Below, piece after piece: positions 48,554-59,083 of a stretch of 64,000 nt of DNA. The position numbers and the translations under genes are program-made. Under the pieces are notes generated by a model that worked only from the letters and a program-made list of their open reading frames with translations, had not been told where the DNA came from and did no database searches. Numbering within the stretch: the stretch's first letter is position 1; each line of letters begins with the position of its first letter. Source of the DNA: an uncultured Oligoflexia bacterium (GTDB lineage Bacteria > Bdellovibrionota > UBA1018 > UBA6935). The stretch covers positions 93,601 to 157,600 of the forward strand of contig CAXGWU010000001.1 of the NCBI GenBank assembly GCA_964013565.1. The letters run 5' to 3'.

Positions 48554-50019
48554 GGGGTCTCTTCTTTCCATTCATAAGTCATTTGAAGAAATTGATTAAG
48601 CATTTGATTGATTGAATGCATGTCTTGAGTCAAACGAGTAATGAGAGTTTGTTTACCTGGGAATGTATATTGGTGAAGATTTGCTATAGCATGAAGAAAA
48701 ACCGAGTTGGGATGGGAGAAGCTAGTTTGAGGTAATAAGCTATTTAAATAGCGTAGATTCATTTTTTCTACCCACTTCGAATAAAGATCTTCTTTTAGAG
48801 AAAGAAGCATGGATGATTGAATTTGTTCTTCTTGATGGGGTTTTATTTTTTGAAGGTAAAAATCTCTATAGAACCATGCAAGTTCCTTTAGGTGAGGTTC
48901 AAATGCGGCTAAAGAATACCAGTCTTTGTGAATGATGCGTTCTCGAGTTAAAAATCCAGAGTAGCCAAAATGTGAGAGCATTTTATGTTTATTAAATACA
49001 TGAAGGAGTTCTAGGAAAAGCTCATTTGATTCCTTTTTTGAAAGTTCAGTGGGGTTTTCAAATGCCTCACTGGTGAGCTCTATGGTTTCTTCATAAACAG
49101 GTTGAAATAAAAAATAAGCAAGTTTTTGAGCGTCTTTGGCGATTCTGTGTCCATAAATGGCTCTTTGATGTGGGGTAGTTGCTAATTTAAATTCATCAAT
49201 TGAACTAAGGTAATCTTTAGTGTGATTTGATTTTTTATGTTTTTGATAACGGGCATATGCTTGTTCTTCTACGAGTACGCCTGCAACAATGCTTCCAGCA
49301 AAAACAAGTGGATGAGCTTTTGCTGGTGTTGCAGCTCGATTGACTCCTCCGAACAGAAGAGCACCTCGTTGAATCATTTTTCCTATGAGTGCTTCTGCTA
49401 AGAAGCTACCGCTAACAAAACTTCCTAGTTTAAAAAATAAGTCTGTCGTTACAGGGCCATTAAGAAGAGGAAAGGGATCAGAGGGAAGAGCTTCTAATTG
49501 AATGAGATGAGAAGGGGGGGCTTTCTCTGTTGCAGATCGAGAAAGAAATTCTCCAGTAGATTTTCCAGCAACAAAGCCAACAACTGGGAGTGTGCCTCTT
49601 AAAAATTTAAAATAAGAACTTATTTTTTCTGGGTGTTTTTTTAGAATGAAGTAAAAAGCAAGGGCAAGTCCTATTCCACTTACAGTTCCAATTCCCGCTC
49701 CCGCATCGATTGTTAAATTTCGAATTCTTTGAGAGCCTTTGGCACAATGACTTTCCCAGTGTGTTTGTAGATCGATAGCAATGGATGGAAGTTTATTGGG
49801 ATCTATTTTTTCACTTAAAATGAGTAACGCATTTGAGTAGTTTTCATTGTCTAGTGAGAATACTTTTTGAATAAGTAAATCAGAAGAAATTAAGTTTTCT
49901 GTGGTTGTTTGAGCTGAGTTTACTCTAGTTATGATTTCTTCAAGTGAGTTATTAAGTGCTTTAGTTTTACAAATTCCGAAAGCGAGTTGTGGAATAAAAA
50001 AAAGAAAAAATAATTTCAT
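48550..50019 (-). CDS. hypothetical secreted protein
   Basis: Signal peptide MKLFFLFFIPQLAFG (internal Met). No known motif. Abuts the upstream gene. Confidence 0.45.
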   Translation of the reverse strand: MKLFFLFFIPQLAFGICKTKALNNSLEEIITRVNSAQTTTENLISSDLLIQKVFSLDNENYSNALLILSEKIDPNKLPSIAIDLQTHWESHCAKGSQRIRNLTIDAGAGIGTVSGIGLALAFYFILKKHPEKISSYFKFLRGTLPVVGFVAGKSTGEFLSRSATEKAPPSHLIQLEALPSDPFPLLNGPVTTDLFFKLGSFVSGSFLAEALIGKMIQRGALLFGGVNRAATPAKAHPLVFAGSIVAGVLVEEQAYARYQKHKKSNHTKDYLSSIDEFKLATTPHQRAIYGHRIAKDAQKLAYFLFQPVYEETIELTSEAFENPTELSKKESNELFLELLHVFNKHKMLSHFGYSGFLTRERIIHKDWYSLAAFEPHLKELAWFYRDFYLQKIKPHQEEQIQSSMLLSLKEDLYSKWVEKMNLRYLNSLLPQTSFSHPNSVFLHAIANLHQYTFPGKQTLITRLTQDMHSINQMLNQFLQMTYEWKEETP

Positions 50020-52649
50020 AAACTGGCCTCCAGAGTTTTTAGAGTGCCCGGTTGTTTTAAGATCCATCTTTCATTTAAAAGAGTTTTTTCACTGAGTCTA
50101 AAATAGGCCTTTTCAATAGATTTAAGTTCTTCTTGAGTTAGGTTCTGAGGTTTTTTTCTGAGGTGATCAAGTTGTTTTTTTAATTGTTCTAAATTCCAGC
50201 TTTTAGAATTTCCTGGTTTTATTTTTAAAGTTTTAAAAGCTTCAATATCTTTAATGATTTCTTTGAATCTTAACGCCGATCCAGATTCAAATTCAATAAA
50301 ATGAGCAATGGGTTTGTATCGAGATACTTTGATCCACTGTAAAAGTCTGCTAGCCCAAGATAAGCCAAAAAGTAATCCAATATCTACGATTAAAAATTTT
50401 ATTTTTTGGCTTTGGTATATTTTCTTTGCTGAATCGAGATTAATAAAGCTTATAAAGGCATCTTTTTTAACTTGAGAACGATATATTTTTTTGATCTTAT
50501 TTTTCTTTATTCGTGTGTCATAAAAAGTGTTTTTTGCTTGATAAGCGATTTCTCCAATGAGCATCCAAGCAATTACTTTTTTTAAACGTTCTGTAAATGG
50601 CATTTTTAAAATCAGTTTAGAGAAAGGACCTAGTTTTTTTGAAAAGAAACTCACACTTTCAAGGATGATGAGTCCTGTTGCTAAGTTGATCATTTCATCG
50701 GAAAGAGTTTCTCCTGCAATTTGATCTAAAAGGGTTTGTTCTTGAAGTCTTTTTTTCTCGTTTTGAATGATCTTGTTATAGTTTGGGTAATTTTCAATAA
50801 ATGATTCTGTGATTTGGGATTCTAAAAAAATGATTTTTAAATCATCTATTTTTTTTGCAGATTGAACTCGATTGATGAGTTGAAATAGGTTTTTTTTAGC
50901 GATTTCAATCGATGCTTCAATCGGAGCCCAAGGGGTATAGGCTGCGAGGTTTTCAGATAAATATTTTCCTTCAGAAGTGTTTGTGTTTAGAAGTGGATGT
51001 CTGAGTCGAGTATTTTCTCTTTTTTCTTCATAGTCTTCTGTAGAGAGGTTTTTAAAAAAATCGAGAGAAGGGCTTTGTTCTGGATGAAACGGTCTAAGAA
51101 ATCCCATCCATTTTCCGAAATGGTAAAGACTATAAAGGTCTCTTCTTATTTCTGATTTAATTTCATGAATCATTCGATGTGTTTTTAAAGACTCTTTTTG
51201 GGACTTTATTTTAGCAGGAAGTGAAATTTTTCCGTTCTCTAAAAAATGAATAAATCTGACTTTGTCAATTTTCCCTTCGTAAAAACACCATGGAGGAAGA
51301 AATAGTTCTAGAGATGACTGGTAGTTGTTGAAGGACTCAGAATAAGAGTTTGATTGAACGATTTTCTGAAAAATTTGTTTTGCAAATAGTGATGGGTTGT
51401 CTTTTAGAAAAAAAGGAAGATAGTGTTTTCCCAGAAGAAGGGGTTGGATAAAGGTTTGTCTTGCAAATGATTTTTTTATTTGGATTAATTCAGATTTAAA
51501 TTCTTCTCTTTTTATTTGTGTGTTGTCACTTTTTAAAGTTTTATTTGATTCATTAATCCAATTTTCAATTTGATCAGAAGGAATTTTTTTTAAAAAATTG
51601 TTACTGATTTCATGTATTTTTTCAGTAAGAGATTCTTCGATAGATTGATCTAAATCAAACGCGATGTGGGTAAATGATAGTCTTAAGGTTTCTTCTAATG
51701 CGAGGGCAATCCACCTTTTTAGTAATGGGATCCACGTTTCTTGCGGGCTTTTAGAAAATAAAAACGATGTATTGAAGATTTGAGTTTTTGTAGCTTTTAT
51801 TGCCACATCTTGGATGTATTTTATTTTTTCTTTTTTAAAGAGATTATTTACTCTTTTGTCTTGTGCAATGCGAATAAGGTCTGCTCTGTCTTCTTCATCT
51901 AAAAAAAGAGGTAAATTAAGTGTGTCAATGCTCTTTGACAGTGCATTACGTGTTTCGTTTTCTTTATTTGATTCGTTTATTTGTGTAAAATAAGCTAATC
52001 CATTTTGTTGTGGTGAAACGTTTATAGATTTTAAAGTGTCTTGAATGTCTCTTTTGTTTTTTTCAGAAACAATTTCATTCATAACAAATAGTTGCTCTAT
52101 TGCCTGTTCTATAACTTTTTGTTTAAAAATTTTGAAGAAGTTTTTTTTATTTGGATTTTGTTTGAGTTTATAATTTTTTGCTTCTTGAGAAAAGTCACTA
52201 AGGAGTTTAAGTCGATATTTGTTGTCTTCTTTTTGAATTTTTATTGGAAAGGGCCGGTCTTGGTTTGCTTGAAATTTTAACCAGGCAAACAAGCGTTCTT
52301 CAGAAAGAGGGATGCTCCAATCAATACTGGAAGGGGAGGAGTGGAGCTGAGAGGTGATCAAGAAGATTTCAATGATTTCTAGATATTTTTGTAACGGATC
52401 AGATTCATCGCTCAGTGGATCTTTAATGATTTGAGTTTTCCATTGGAGCAATTCCGATTCAATTTCTACAAGGGAATGAGAGGGAGTCATTGAAGTCCAG
52501 CGATCAGGGTGAATTACTTGCTTCATTTGAAGCACAATTTGTCGATGAAGCTCATTTGGAACTAATGCTGCCATTGAATTCAAAGGAAAAACAAAGAGTT
52601 TTGCCAGAATCACAATTGTGAAGCGTGTACCCCAAGGAAGTCTTTTCAT
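50016..52649 (-). CDS. large hypothetical secreted/membrane-anchored protein
   Basis: Start taken at MKRLPWGTRFTIVILAKLFVFPLNSMAA (ATG 52647-52649). ~878 aa, Lys/Glu-rich. No known motif. Confidence 0.4.
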   Translation of the reverse strand: MKRLPWGTRFTIVILAKLFVFPLNSMAALVPNELHRQIVLQMKQVIHPDRWTSMTPSHSLVEIESELLQWKTQIIKDPLSDESDPLQKYLEIIEIFLITSQLHSSPSSIDWSIPLSEERLFAWLKFQANQDRPFPIKIQKEDNKYRLKLLSDFSQEAKNYKLKQNPNKKNFFKIFKQKVIEQAIEQLFVMNEIVSEKNKRDIQDTLKSINVSPQQNGLAYFTQINESNKENETRNALSKSIDTLNLPLFLDEEDRADLIRIAQDKRVNNLFKKEKIKYIQDVAIKATKTQIFNTSFLFSKSPQETWIPLLKRWIALALEETLRLSFTHIAFDLDQSIEESLTEKIHEISNNFLKKIPSDQIENWINESNKTLKSDNTQIKREEFKSELIQIKKSFARQTFIQPLLLGKHYLPFFLKDNPSLFAKQIFQKIVQSNSYSESFNNYQSSLELFLPPWCFYEGKIDKVRFIHFLENGKISLPAKIKSQKESLKTHRMIHEIKSEIRRDLYSLYHFGKWMGFLRPFHPEQSPSLDFFKNLSTEDYEEKRENTRLRHPLLNTNTSEGKYLSENLAAYTPWAPIEASIEIAKKNLFQLINRVQSAKKIDDLKIIFLESQITESFIENYPNYNKIIQNEKKRLQEQTLLDQIAGETLSDEMINLATGLIILESVSFFSKKLGPFSKLILKMPFTERLKKVIAWMLIGEIAYQAKNTFYDTRIKKNKIKKIYRSQVKKDAFISFINLDSAKKIYQSQKIKFLIVDIGLLFGLSWASRLLQWIKVSRYKPIAHFIEFESGSALRFKEIIKDIEAFKTLKIKPGNSKSWNLEQLKKQLDHLRKKPQNLTQEELKSIEKAYFRLSEKTLLNERWILKQPGTLKTLEASL

Positions 52650-52861
52650 GGAGTTTTTATAACGCAATAAGTCATTGTTTTCAATGAAGAAGGTTCGTAG
52701 GGCCTTTGATTCAAATTTCAGGTTCGACCCATGCATTTATTTGAAATTACTATTAAAATTGTAACGATTTAGTCTGGAACTTCGAATAAGTTCTATTACA
52801 GGCGAAAAATAGTACTTCTAAAAAGGAAAGTTTGTTTCGATTGACTCGATTATCAATCTTT

Positions 52862-54757
52862 TTAGACTTTCCCTTCTTTAAGCTCTTCCACAATCTGAGG
52901 GTCCAAGAGGGTACTGGTGTCACCGAGGTTTTCAGTTTCTCCAGAAGCAATTTTTCTTAAAATTCTTCTCATAATTTTTCCAGACCGTGTTTTTGGAAGT
53001 CCAGAGACGATTTGAATTTTGTCTGGTTTTGCTATGGGACCGATTTGTTGAGTGACCGTTTTTAAAATACTCTTTTTTATTTCTTCTTGATCTAAAAGAG
53101 TTTGATCACAAATTAAAAAAGCATAAATTCCTTGTCCTTTGATGTCGTGAGGATATCCTACCACCGCACTTTCAATGACGTGAGGGTTAAGGTCAATCGC
53201 ATCTTCAACTTCAGCGGTTCCAATTCGGTGACCAGAAACATTAATGACGTCATCCACTCTCCCTGTAATTCGATAGAGTCCATTTTCATCTTTTTTGCAT
53301 CCATCCCCTGTAAAGTAATAACCTTCGTAGGTGGAAAAATAAGTTTGTTTAAAGCGGTCGTGATCTCTAAAAACGGTTCGAGCAATTCCTGGCCAGGATC
53401 GTTTGATACATAAATTTCCTTCAATATTATTTCCAGTTAGGTCTGTGCCCTTGTCATTTTTAAGAACGATTTCGACTCCGGGAAGTGGAAGGGTTGCGTA
53501 ACTGGGTTTCATTGGCGTGACTCCCGCAAGATTAGAAATCATGATTCCACCGGTTTCTGTTTGCCACCACGTATCGACAACAGGGCACTTTTTTCTTCCT
53601 ACAATATCGTGGTACCAAATCCACGCTTCTTCGTTGATAGGTTCGCCTACAGTACCTAATACTTTTAAAGAACTGAGTTCGGCTCTTTCAACCCAGTGGT
53701 CTCCCTGTCCCATAAGGGCTCGAATTGCTGTTGGAGCAGTGTAGAAATGTGAGACTTTATGCTTTTCAATCACATTCCAAAACCTCCCTGGATGCGGATA
53801 GTTTGGAACTCCTTCAAACATGACTGTTGTGATTCCATTAATTAAAGGAGCATATGTAAGATAGGTATGACCAGTAACCCATCCGATATCTGCGCTACAC
53901 CAGTAAATGCTTTTGTCATTGATTTGAAAAACATTTCTAAAAGTATACGCACCCCAAACCATATATCCTGCGGTAGTGTGAACGACGCCCTTGGGTTTTC
54001 CTGTGGAACCAGAAGTATAAAGAATAAAAAGAGGGTCTTCGCTTTGCATGGGTTCAGCAGGACATTCGGAAGCAGCGGAGCTTTGAAGATCATGCCACCA
54101 AAAGTCCCTTCCATTTTGAAGTGAAATATCAGAATAGGTTCTTCGATGGATGATCACTTTAGAAATAGATGGGCAAGTTTTTAACGCCTCGTCAGCAATT
54201 TCCTTAAGAGGAATAGTCTTTTCACCTCGAAACCCACCATCATTAGTGATCAGTAGACTACATTCGCAGTCATTGATTCGATCACTGAGGGCTTTTGCTG
54301 AAAAACCACCAAAAACAACAGTATGGACTGCTCCAATACGAGCACATGCAAGGAGGCTGATTAATAGTTCAGGGACCATCGACATATAGAGACAGACGCG
54401 GTCTCCTTTTTTTACACCACTGCTTTTTAGCATATTTGCGGTCTTACAAACCTCAGTATAAAGCTCTTGAAAGGTATATTTTTTTGTTTCAGAGTTTTCT
54501 TCATTTGGTTCAAAAATAAGAGCAGTGTGATTTCCGCGTTTTTCTAAATGACGATCGAGTGCATTTTCTGTGATATTTAGAATTCCACCTTCAAACCATT
54601 TTACATCCACTTTTTTGAAGTCTCCACTTTGAACGGAATCAAATTCCTTTTTCCATTGAAAACTTTTGGCAATTTCTCCCCAAAATTCTTCCGGTTCGGA
54701 AAGACTTTTTTTGTAAGCGTTTTGATATTCTTCGTAGGATTTGATTTGCCAGAACAT
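52862..54757 (-). CDS. acs: acetyl-coenzyme A synthetase (acetate--CoA ligase)
   Basis: Colinear with Acs: AMP-binding motifs YTSGSTGKPKG and GDGCKKDENGLYRITGRVDD, and the C-terminal SGKIMRRILRKIA lysine-acetylation motif. Confidence 0.9.
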   Translation of the reverse strand: MFWQIKSYEEYQNAYKKSLSEPEEFWGEIAKSFQWKKEFDSVQSGDFKKVDVKWFEGGILNITENALDRHLEKRGNHTALIFEPNEENSETKKYTFQELYTEVCKTANMLKSSGVKKGDRVCLYMSMVPELLISLLACARIGAVHTVVFGGFSAKALSDRINDCECSLLITNDGGFRGEKTIPLKEIADEALKTCPSISKVIIHRRTYSDISLQNGRDFWWHDLQSSAASECPAEPMQSEDPLFILYTSGSTGKPKGVVHTTAGYMVWGAYTFRNVFQINDKSIYWCSADIGWVTGHTYLTYAPLINGITTVMFEGVPNYPHPGRFWNVIEKHKVSHFYTAPTAIRALMGQGDHWVERAELSSLKVLGTVGEPINEEAWIWYHDIVGRKKCPVVDTWWQTETGGIMISNLAGVTPMKPSYATLPLPGVEIVLKNDKGTDLTGNNIEGNLCIKRSWPGIARTVFRDHDRFKQTYFSTYEGYYFTGDGCKKDENGLYRITGRVDDVINVSGHRIGTAEVEDAIDLNPHVIESAVVGYPHDIKGQGIYAFLICDQTLLDQEEIKKSILKTVTQQIGPIAKPDKIQIVSGLPKTRSGKIMRRILRKIASGETENLGDTSTLLDPQIVEELKEGKV

Positions 54758-54893
54758 AAACGAGCCCCTTTAGCGTTTTGTTTGTGATTTCAATAGTTAA
54801 CCTATCAAAGCTTTAAGAAAAGCAAAAGGAGTGGGGGTGTTTTGAGGTATTTATTATAAAAAACAATAAGTTATATGAATACTGTTGAAAAAT

Positions 54894-54957
54894 AACCTTA
54901 AAAGTCAGATATTAAGGTTAAGGATCACTTCTATTACTCCGATAGGAAGTTAAGGTT
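54894..54957. promoter_or_regulatory. AACCTTAA-N10-TTAAGGTT palindrome plus a third TTAAGGTT copy just upstream of the large secreted-protein gene
   Basis: Copies at 54894-54901, 54912-54919 and 54950-54957, read directly from the sequence. Confidence 0.3.
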
Positions 54958-54959
54958 TT

Positions 54960-57900
54960 ATGGGCTTTTTGGTGTCCATGAATCTAAAAGTAAAAAAAAG
55001 GTTTAAGATCATGAAAATACAACATTTCATTTTACCGCTCTCAGTGGTCTTTTTTGGGTTGATGGGAATAAGTCAGGCTTCTGGTGGACCTGCAACCCAA
55101 GAGGAAAAAGAAGCTCTTGTTTTTTTCAAGAACAATGGCCTGGAGTTAACTCTAAAAGAACTACGAGAAAATGAAAAAGATGCACAAAAAATAGCAGATA
55201 TGTGCACGAGCATTAAGGAAGACTATCAGCAGATTCCAGAAAGAGTAAAACAACGCTGTATTCATAGTGGGTCTGCAGGAACTTATATGCGGAATAAGTA
55301 CATTGTTAAATACACTCAAAGATTATTTAAAAAAGCAAACTGTGAAGGTGCAGATACCAAAGAATCGGTGATCGACTGTTATCAAAACATCCAAAATAAA
55401 TTGATTGATAAAAAAAATAAGTCAAAAAAGTCAGGGATTACCGGATATGGAAGACATTTCTCTAAGGTAAGACCGACTTTTAAAGAAGTTGCAGTGGATA
55501 AGTACTGCCATTCGATTGCACGAAAAAGAAGTGAAAACGGGGCTGCATTGCCTCCAACGTTTGTTACGGATTGTGTCGCTCTTGAGTATGGGCATTTAGC
55601 GGTCCTCGTAGAGGGACTTGATGTTAGAGATGATGAAAGTCTTTCTGGGACAAATATGATGCAAAAAAATGTTTCTCGTTTTGTGAGTCATTTACAAAAT
55701 CCAAAAGCATTTGAAGAAATCTTTAAAAAAGCCAGAGAGAAAGCAATTCGCCTTTCTAAAACTCCAGGGCAAAGTTTTCAAAAAGCTAATCTTGAATATC
55801 GAAGATTGGCTCGAATAGGTGCAGTCTTAAAGGAACTTGATGCCGTATGTAAAGGACTCAAAGGACAAAAGGCAAGAGCATGCGTACGTGAACAGCTGGG
55901 AGATATGAAGTATGAGCTCAGTCGTGGAGTGATGGAAAATGGTCTTGGTAATGAATTAGATTACGCAACCGCATGGGATTGGGCGAGAAGAGATTGTGTC
56001 GCTGCTTTGATTCAGCTCGATGGAAGTGAAGTTTCAGATACTAAAATAAGACAAAAAGAACTGAGAGATCAGTGTACTTCTCCTAAAGTGATTCAAGACA
56101 GGCTTTGGGAAGTTCCGAGCTTAGCTTTTGTTCCTCTAAAAAAAGGAGGAGGAGCAGGAGGTTCTGATGAGGACGGTGAGGGCTCAGGAGGAAGTGGCTC
56201 AGATGGGGAAAAGGGCGGAAGTTTTGGTGGCGTTGCTGGCGGTGGAAATGCAGACGCAGCTTCTTCCTCTGGTAATGTCGTTTTAGCTGATGATAAAGAT
56301 CATTGGAGTATTACCAATGATATTGCTTCTTTAAGAAATTTAATCAGTGAAAAAGTTTTTGACTCTAGTTCAGTTTGCCAAAGAGTCGCTTCAAAAGATG
56401 CAAACTTAAAGTATAAGAAAGAAGCAGCGTCCAGTCTTGGTGTTCCTGATGATGGCGTTTGTGTCGAATGTAAAAAAAGTGGAACGGGATTTTTAGGTAC
56501 CACTGTAGGTGACTTAGCTGAACACCTTGCTCATGAAAAAGCCGATGTGACTGTGGGTGAATATGACCGAATGCTTCGAAGGAAGTTTTTAAAAGTACTT
56601 TCCGATTCCTATAAAGAAGATTTTTTAGAAGATCTTCCTATTGAGAAAGAGGGAGCTTTTCCTGCTTCGAGGAAGAAAACATTTGGATCCTTGGGGCTTG
56701 ATGGATCGATGTGTGAAATTAATCCAAGTCTTTTAGATGCGATGGGTTTTGAGAAAGACGAAAAAGGGAACATTCAACCTGTGGTTCCTTTCCGAAAAAA
56801 CCAACTTGAAAAAGAGGATAGAATCGATCCTAAAAGAATTCGTTCATGCGCAAAAAGAATTTCTGATGCAAGAAATGCAGTGAGGACACGACTGTTTGGA
56901 AAAGACCCAGACGCTCTTCTTGACATGGTTTCTCAAGAAGATAAAGAGTTTGTGATTCAAAAAACAAAGCTTTATGAAGAAGTTGCGCAAGAGTGTCCAG
57001 AAGTCAAATGGGGTGCTCCTGGTGCTTCTCAGTTTCTTGGAAACCCTGGAAGCGAAGAAAAAGCGATGAAGTGGTATGACATCGAATTTAAAGGTTGGGG
57101 ATTTACTAAAGATAAAATTTCAAGAGATGGTCTTCCTTTTGTTACTCAATTTGGAGATTCATCTCTGAGTGATGCAGAGATTTCTTCTCGATTAACAAAA
57201 ATTAGAAAAGAAAGAAAAGATGCATATTTGAAACTGATCCATTCCACATGTGATCCTGATTTAAAACAAGCTGGGAAAATCACTTCTTATTTAAATAATA
57301 TGGCAGCTTTAGTTTCCGTGGATGATCCTGGTCATTTAAAAGATGAAAGAAGAGTGGGTGCGGACGGAAAAATTACCGCTTATGGAAAAATGAGAGATGC
57401 TCACGAGTGTGTCAATTTGACCAATAATGCAGATTTTAAACATGACGCATTTCAGACGTTTACGATGGTGGCGTGTACACTTGGAGAAGTGGCAGTGGGA
57501 GCATCAGGTGTGGGATTACCGATCACTGTTGGAATAGGTGCTGCGTGTTTTGGTGGAGAAGCATTAGAGCTTCTTGATCATATGAACCACAAATCTCAGA
57601 AAGCATCCTTTTTGTCGGCATGTGAACTCCTAAATGCGGGAAGAAAAGGAGTATGTGACTATGATTCTGCTCAAAAGGCAGCCCAAGAAGTTGAAGCGAT
57701 TTACGATGAATTAGTTCTAAGTGCTGCAATGAATGGAGTTGGGGTTTTGGGTGGAGACGTCCTAGGAAAAGGGTATGCGAAGGCAAAGCAGCTGAAGGGG
57801 GCTGCTCGTCGAATTAAGGATTGGAATACCTTATCTAAAGTGACTGGAGAGCTTGCTACCGCAAAGGGGCTTCAAAAGAAAATGAGCCGCTTGAAAAGGA

Positions 57901-58487
57901 TTGAAGATCAAATCGTGTCTCATCGAGGGCGGATCAGTCGACGAAAAATGAAAGCTCTTGAAAATGAAGCAGCTCGATTGAATAAGGAAATTTCAAGAGA
58001 TCTTGATGATGTGACCAATGCGATGATTGCTCAGATTAAGGTTAACGATCCAGCTCTTTATAAAGAAATGATTGCGGATGCGGCAGTTAAAAATAAAACG
58101 AATAAAATTGAACTTTTTGAAGATCTTTCTAGAAGAATGGATCAGAATGAAGCTTTTGCTAATAAAATGAGAGCTCAAGCAAAAGAGGCTCGAGAACGCT
58201 TGGCGGATACTCATCCAAATGTGCGGATGTACGACCCGGATCGGCAGCCTGCTGAGATTTTAGCGATTCAATCTAGAGTTGATGAAATCAAAAGTGGTTT
58301 AAAAGCAGATGAGAATCGACATTATTTTGAATTAGTCGAAGCTCATAAAAAGAAGCATGGAAGGAAACCAAGATTGCTTCAGCGAAGAAAGTATAAAAAA
58401 CAGGCTCGAGAACGCGCTGAGCTTGATATGAAACGAAAAGACGTTGACTTGGACAAACGTATCGTGAGTTGTCACGGAAAACGCTAA
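54960..58487 (+). CDS. very large secreted protein, Cys-rich N-terminal region, Gly/Ser/Asp-rich linker, Lys/Arg/Glu-rich C-terminus
   Basis: Signal peptide (MKIQHFILPLSVVFFGLMGISQA; an alternative start is at 55011). Low-complexity linker KKGGGAGGSDEDGEGSGGSGSDGEKGGSFGGVAGGGNADAASSSGN (~56141-56280). C-terminal charged heptad-like region. Confidence 0.55.
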   Translation: MGFLVSMNLKVKKRFKIMKIQHFILPLSVVFFGLMGISQASGGPATQEEKEALVFFKNNGLELTLKELRENEKDAQKIADMCTSIKEDYQQIPERVKQRCIHSGSAGTYMRNKYIVKYTQRLFKKANCEGADTKESVIDCYQNIQNKLIDKKNKSKKSGITGYGRHFSKVRPTFKEVAVDKYCHSIARKRSENGAALPPTFVTDCVALEYGHLAVLVEGLDVRDDESLSGTNMMQKNVSRFVSHLQNPKAFEEIFKKAREKAIRLSKTPGQSFQKANLEYRRLARIGAVLKELDAVCKGLKGQKARACVREQLGDMKYELSRGVMENGLGNELDYATAWDWARRDCVAALIQLDGSEVSDTKIRQKELRDQCTSPKVIQDRLWEVPSLAFVPLKKGGGAGGSDEDGEGSGGSGSDGEKGGSFGGVAGGGNADAASSSGNVVLADDKDHWSITNDIASLRNLISEKVFDSSSVCQRVASKDANLKYKKEAASSLGVPDDGVCVECKKSGTGFLGTTVGDLAEHLAHEKADVTVGEYDRMLRRKFLKVLSDSYKEDFLEDLPIEKEGAFPASRKKTFGSLGLDGSMCEINPSLLDAMGFEKDEKGNIQPVVPFRKNQLEKEDRIDPKRIRSCAKRISDARNAVRTRLFGKDPDALLDMVSQEDKEFVIQKTKLYEEVAQECPEVKWGAPGASQFLGNPGSEEKAMKWYDIEFKGWGFTKDKISRDGLPFVTQFGDSSLSDAEISSRLTKIRKERKDAYLKLIHSTCDPDLKQAGKITSYLNNMAALVSVDDPGHLKDERRVGADGKITAYGKMRDAHECVNLTNNADFKHDAFQTFTMVACTLGEVAVGASGVGLPITVGIGAACFGGEALELLDHMNHKSQKASFLSACELLNAGRKGVCDYDSAQKAAQEVEAIYDELVLSAAMNGVGVLGGDVLGKGYAKAKQLKGAARRIKDWNTLSKVTGELATAKGLQKKMSRLKRIEDQIVSHRGRISRRKMKALENEAARLNKEISRDLDDVTNAMIAQIKVNDPALYKEMIADAAVKNKTNKIELFEDLSRRMDQNEAFANKMRAQAKEARERLADTHPNVRMYDPDRQPAEILAIQSRVDEIKSGLKADENRHYFELVEAHKKKHGRKPRLLQRRKYKKQARERAELDMKRKDVDLDKRIVSCHGKR

Positions 58488-59083
58488 AAAAGATCAATGA
58501 GAACAATCTGTTCGTTTTGTTTGAGATACTTTAAAACAATCTGAGTGAGCATTTCAGCATAATCTTTAGGAGAGATTTCCTGGGGGTCTGGGGGATTGTT
58601 TAAATTAAATTCTGACTCTATAGAATGAAAGTAGTGATCAAAAGATTGAGGGTGAATCCCCAGGTCGTTGTCTTTAATGCCAAGAAGTTTTCCTGTGAAA
58701 TAGTATGTAATTTCCATACTGAAAATATCATATTGAAACTCTGTAAGATGAAGCTTTGGGATCTCTCCATGAAGAAATTTTTTAATTTCATCTAAAGTCA
58801 GTTCTATTTTTTCTTCCTCTGCAAGGAGGAGGTCATTGTTTTGATGTTCAAAAATGACAGCAGAAAAATCAAAAGTCGACCCTGAGACTTTTGTAAATGC
58901 TTCTTGAATGAATCTAAGGTCCGCCTTTTTTCTTTCTTGATCAATCATTGATTGAGGTTTTTGATTGGCTGGAACTAATCTGCTGTTTGGATCTTCAATT
59001 TCAAAAAGCTCGTTACAGAAAAAATCATCAGCAAAAGAGGTTCCTGATAGCAGAAAAAAGACCGTAAGTATCGAAAACTTCAT
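58484..59083 (-). CDS. hypothetical secreted protein
   Basis: Signal peptide MKFSILTVFFLLSGTSFA (internal Met start). No motif. Confidence 0.45.
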   Translation of the reverse strand: MKFSILTVFFLLSGTSFADDFFCNELFEIEDPNSRLVPANQKPQSMIDQERKKADLRFIQEAFTKVSGSTFDFSAVIFEHQNNDLLLAEEEKIELTLDEIKKFLHGEIPKLHLTEFQYDIFSMEITYYFTGKLLGIKDNDLGIHPQSFDHYFHSIESEFNLNNPPDPQEISPKDYAEMLTQIVLKYLKQNEQIVLIDLF

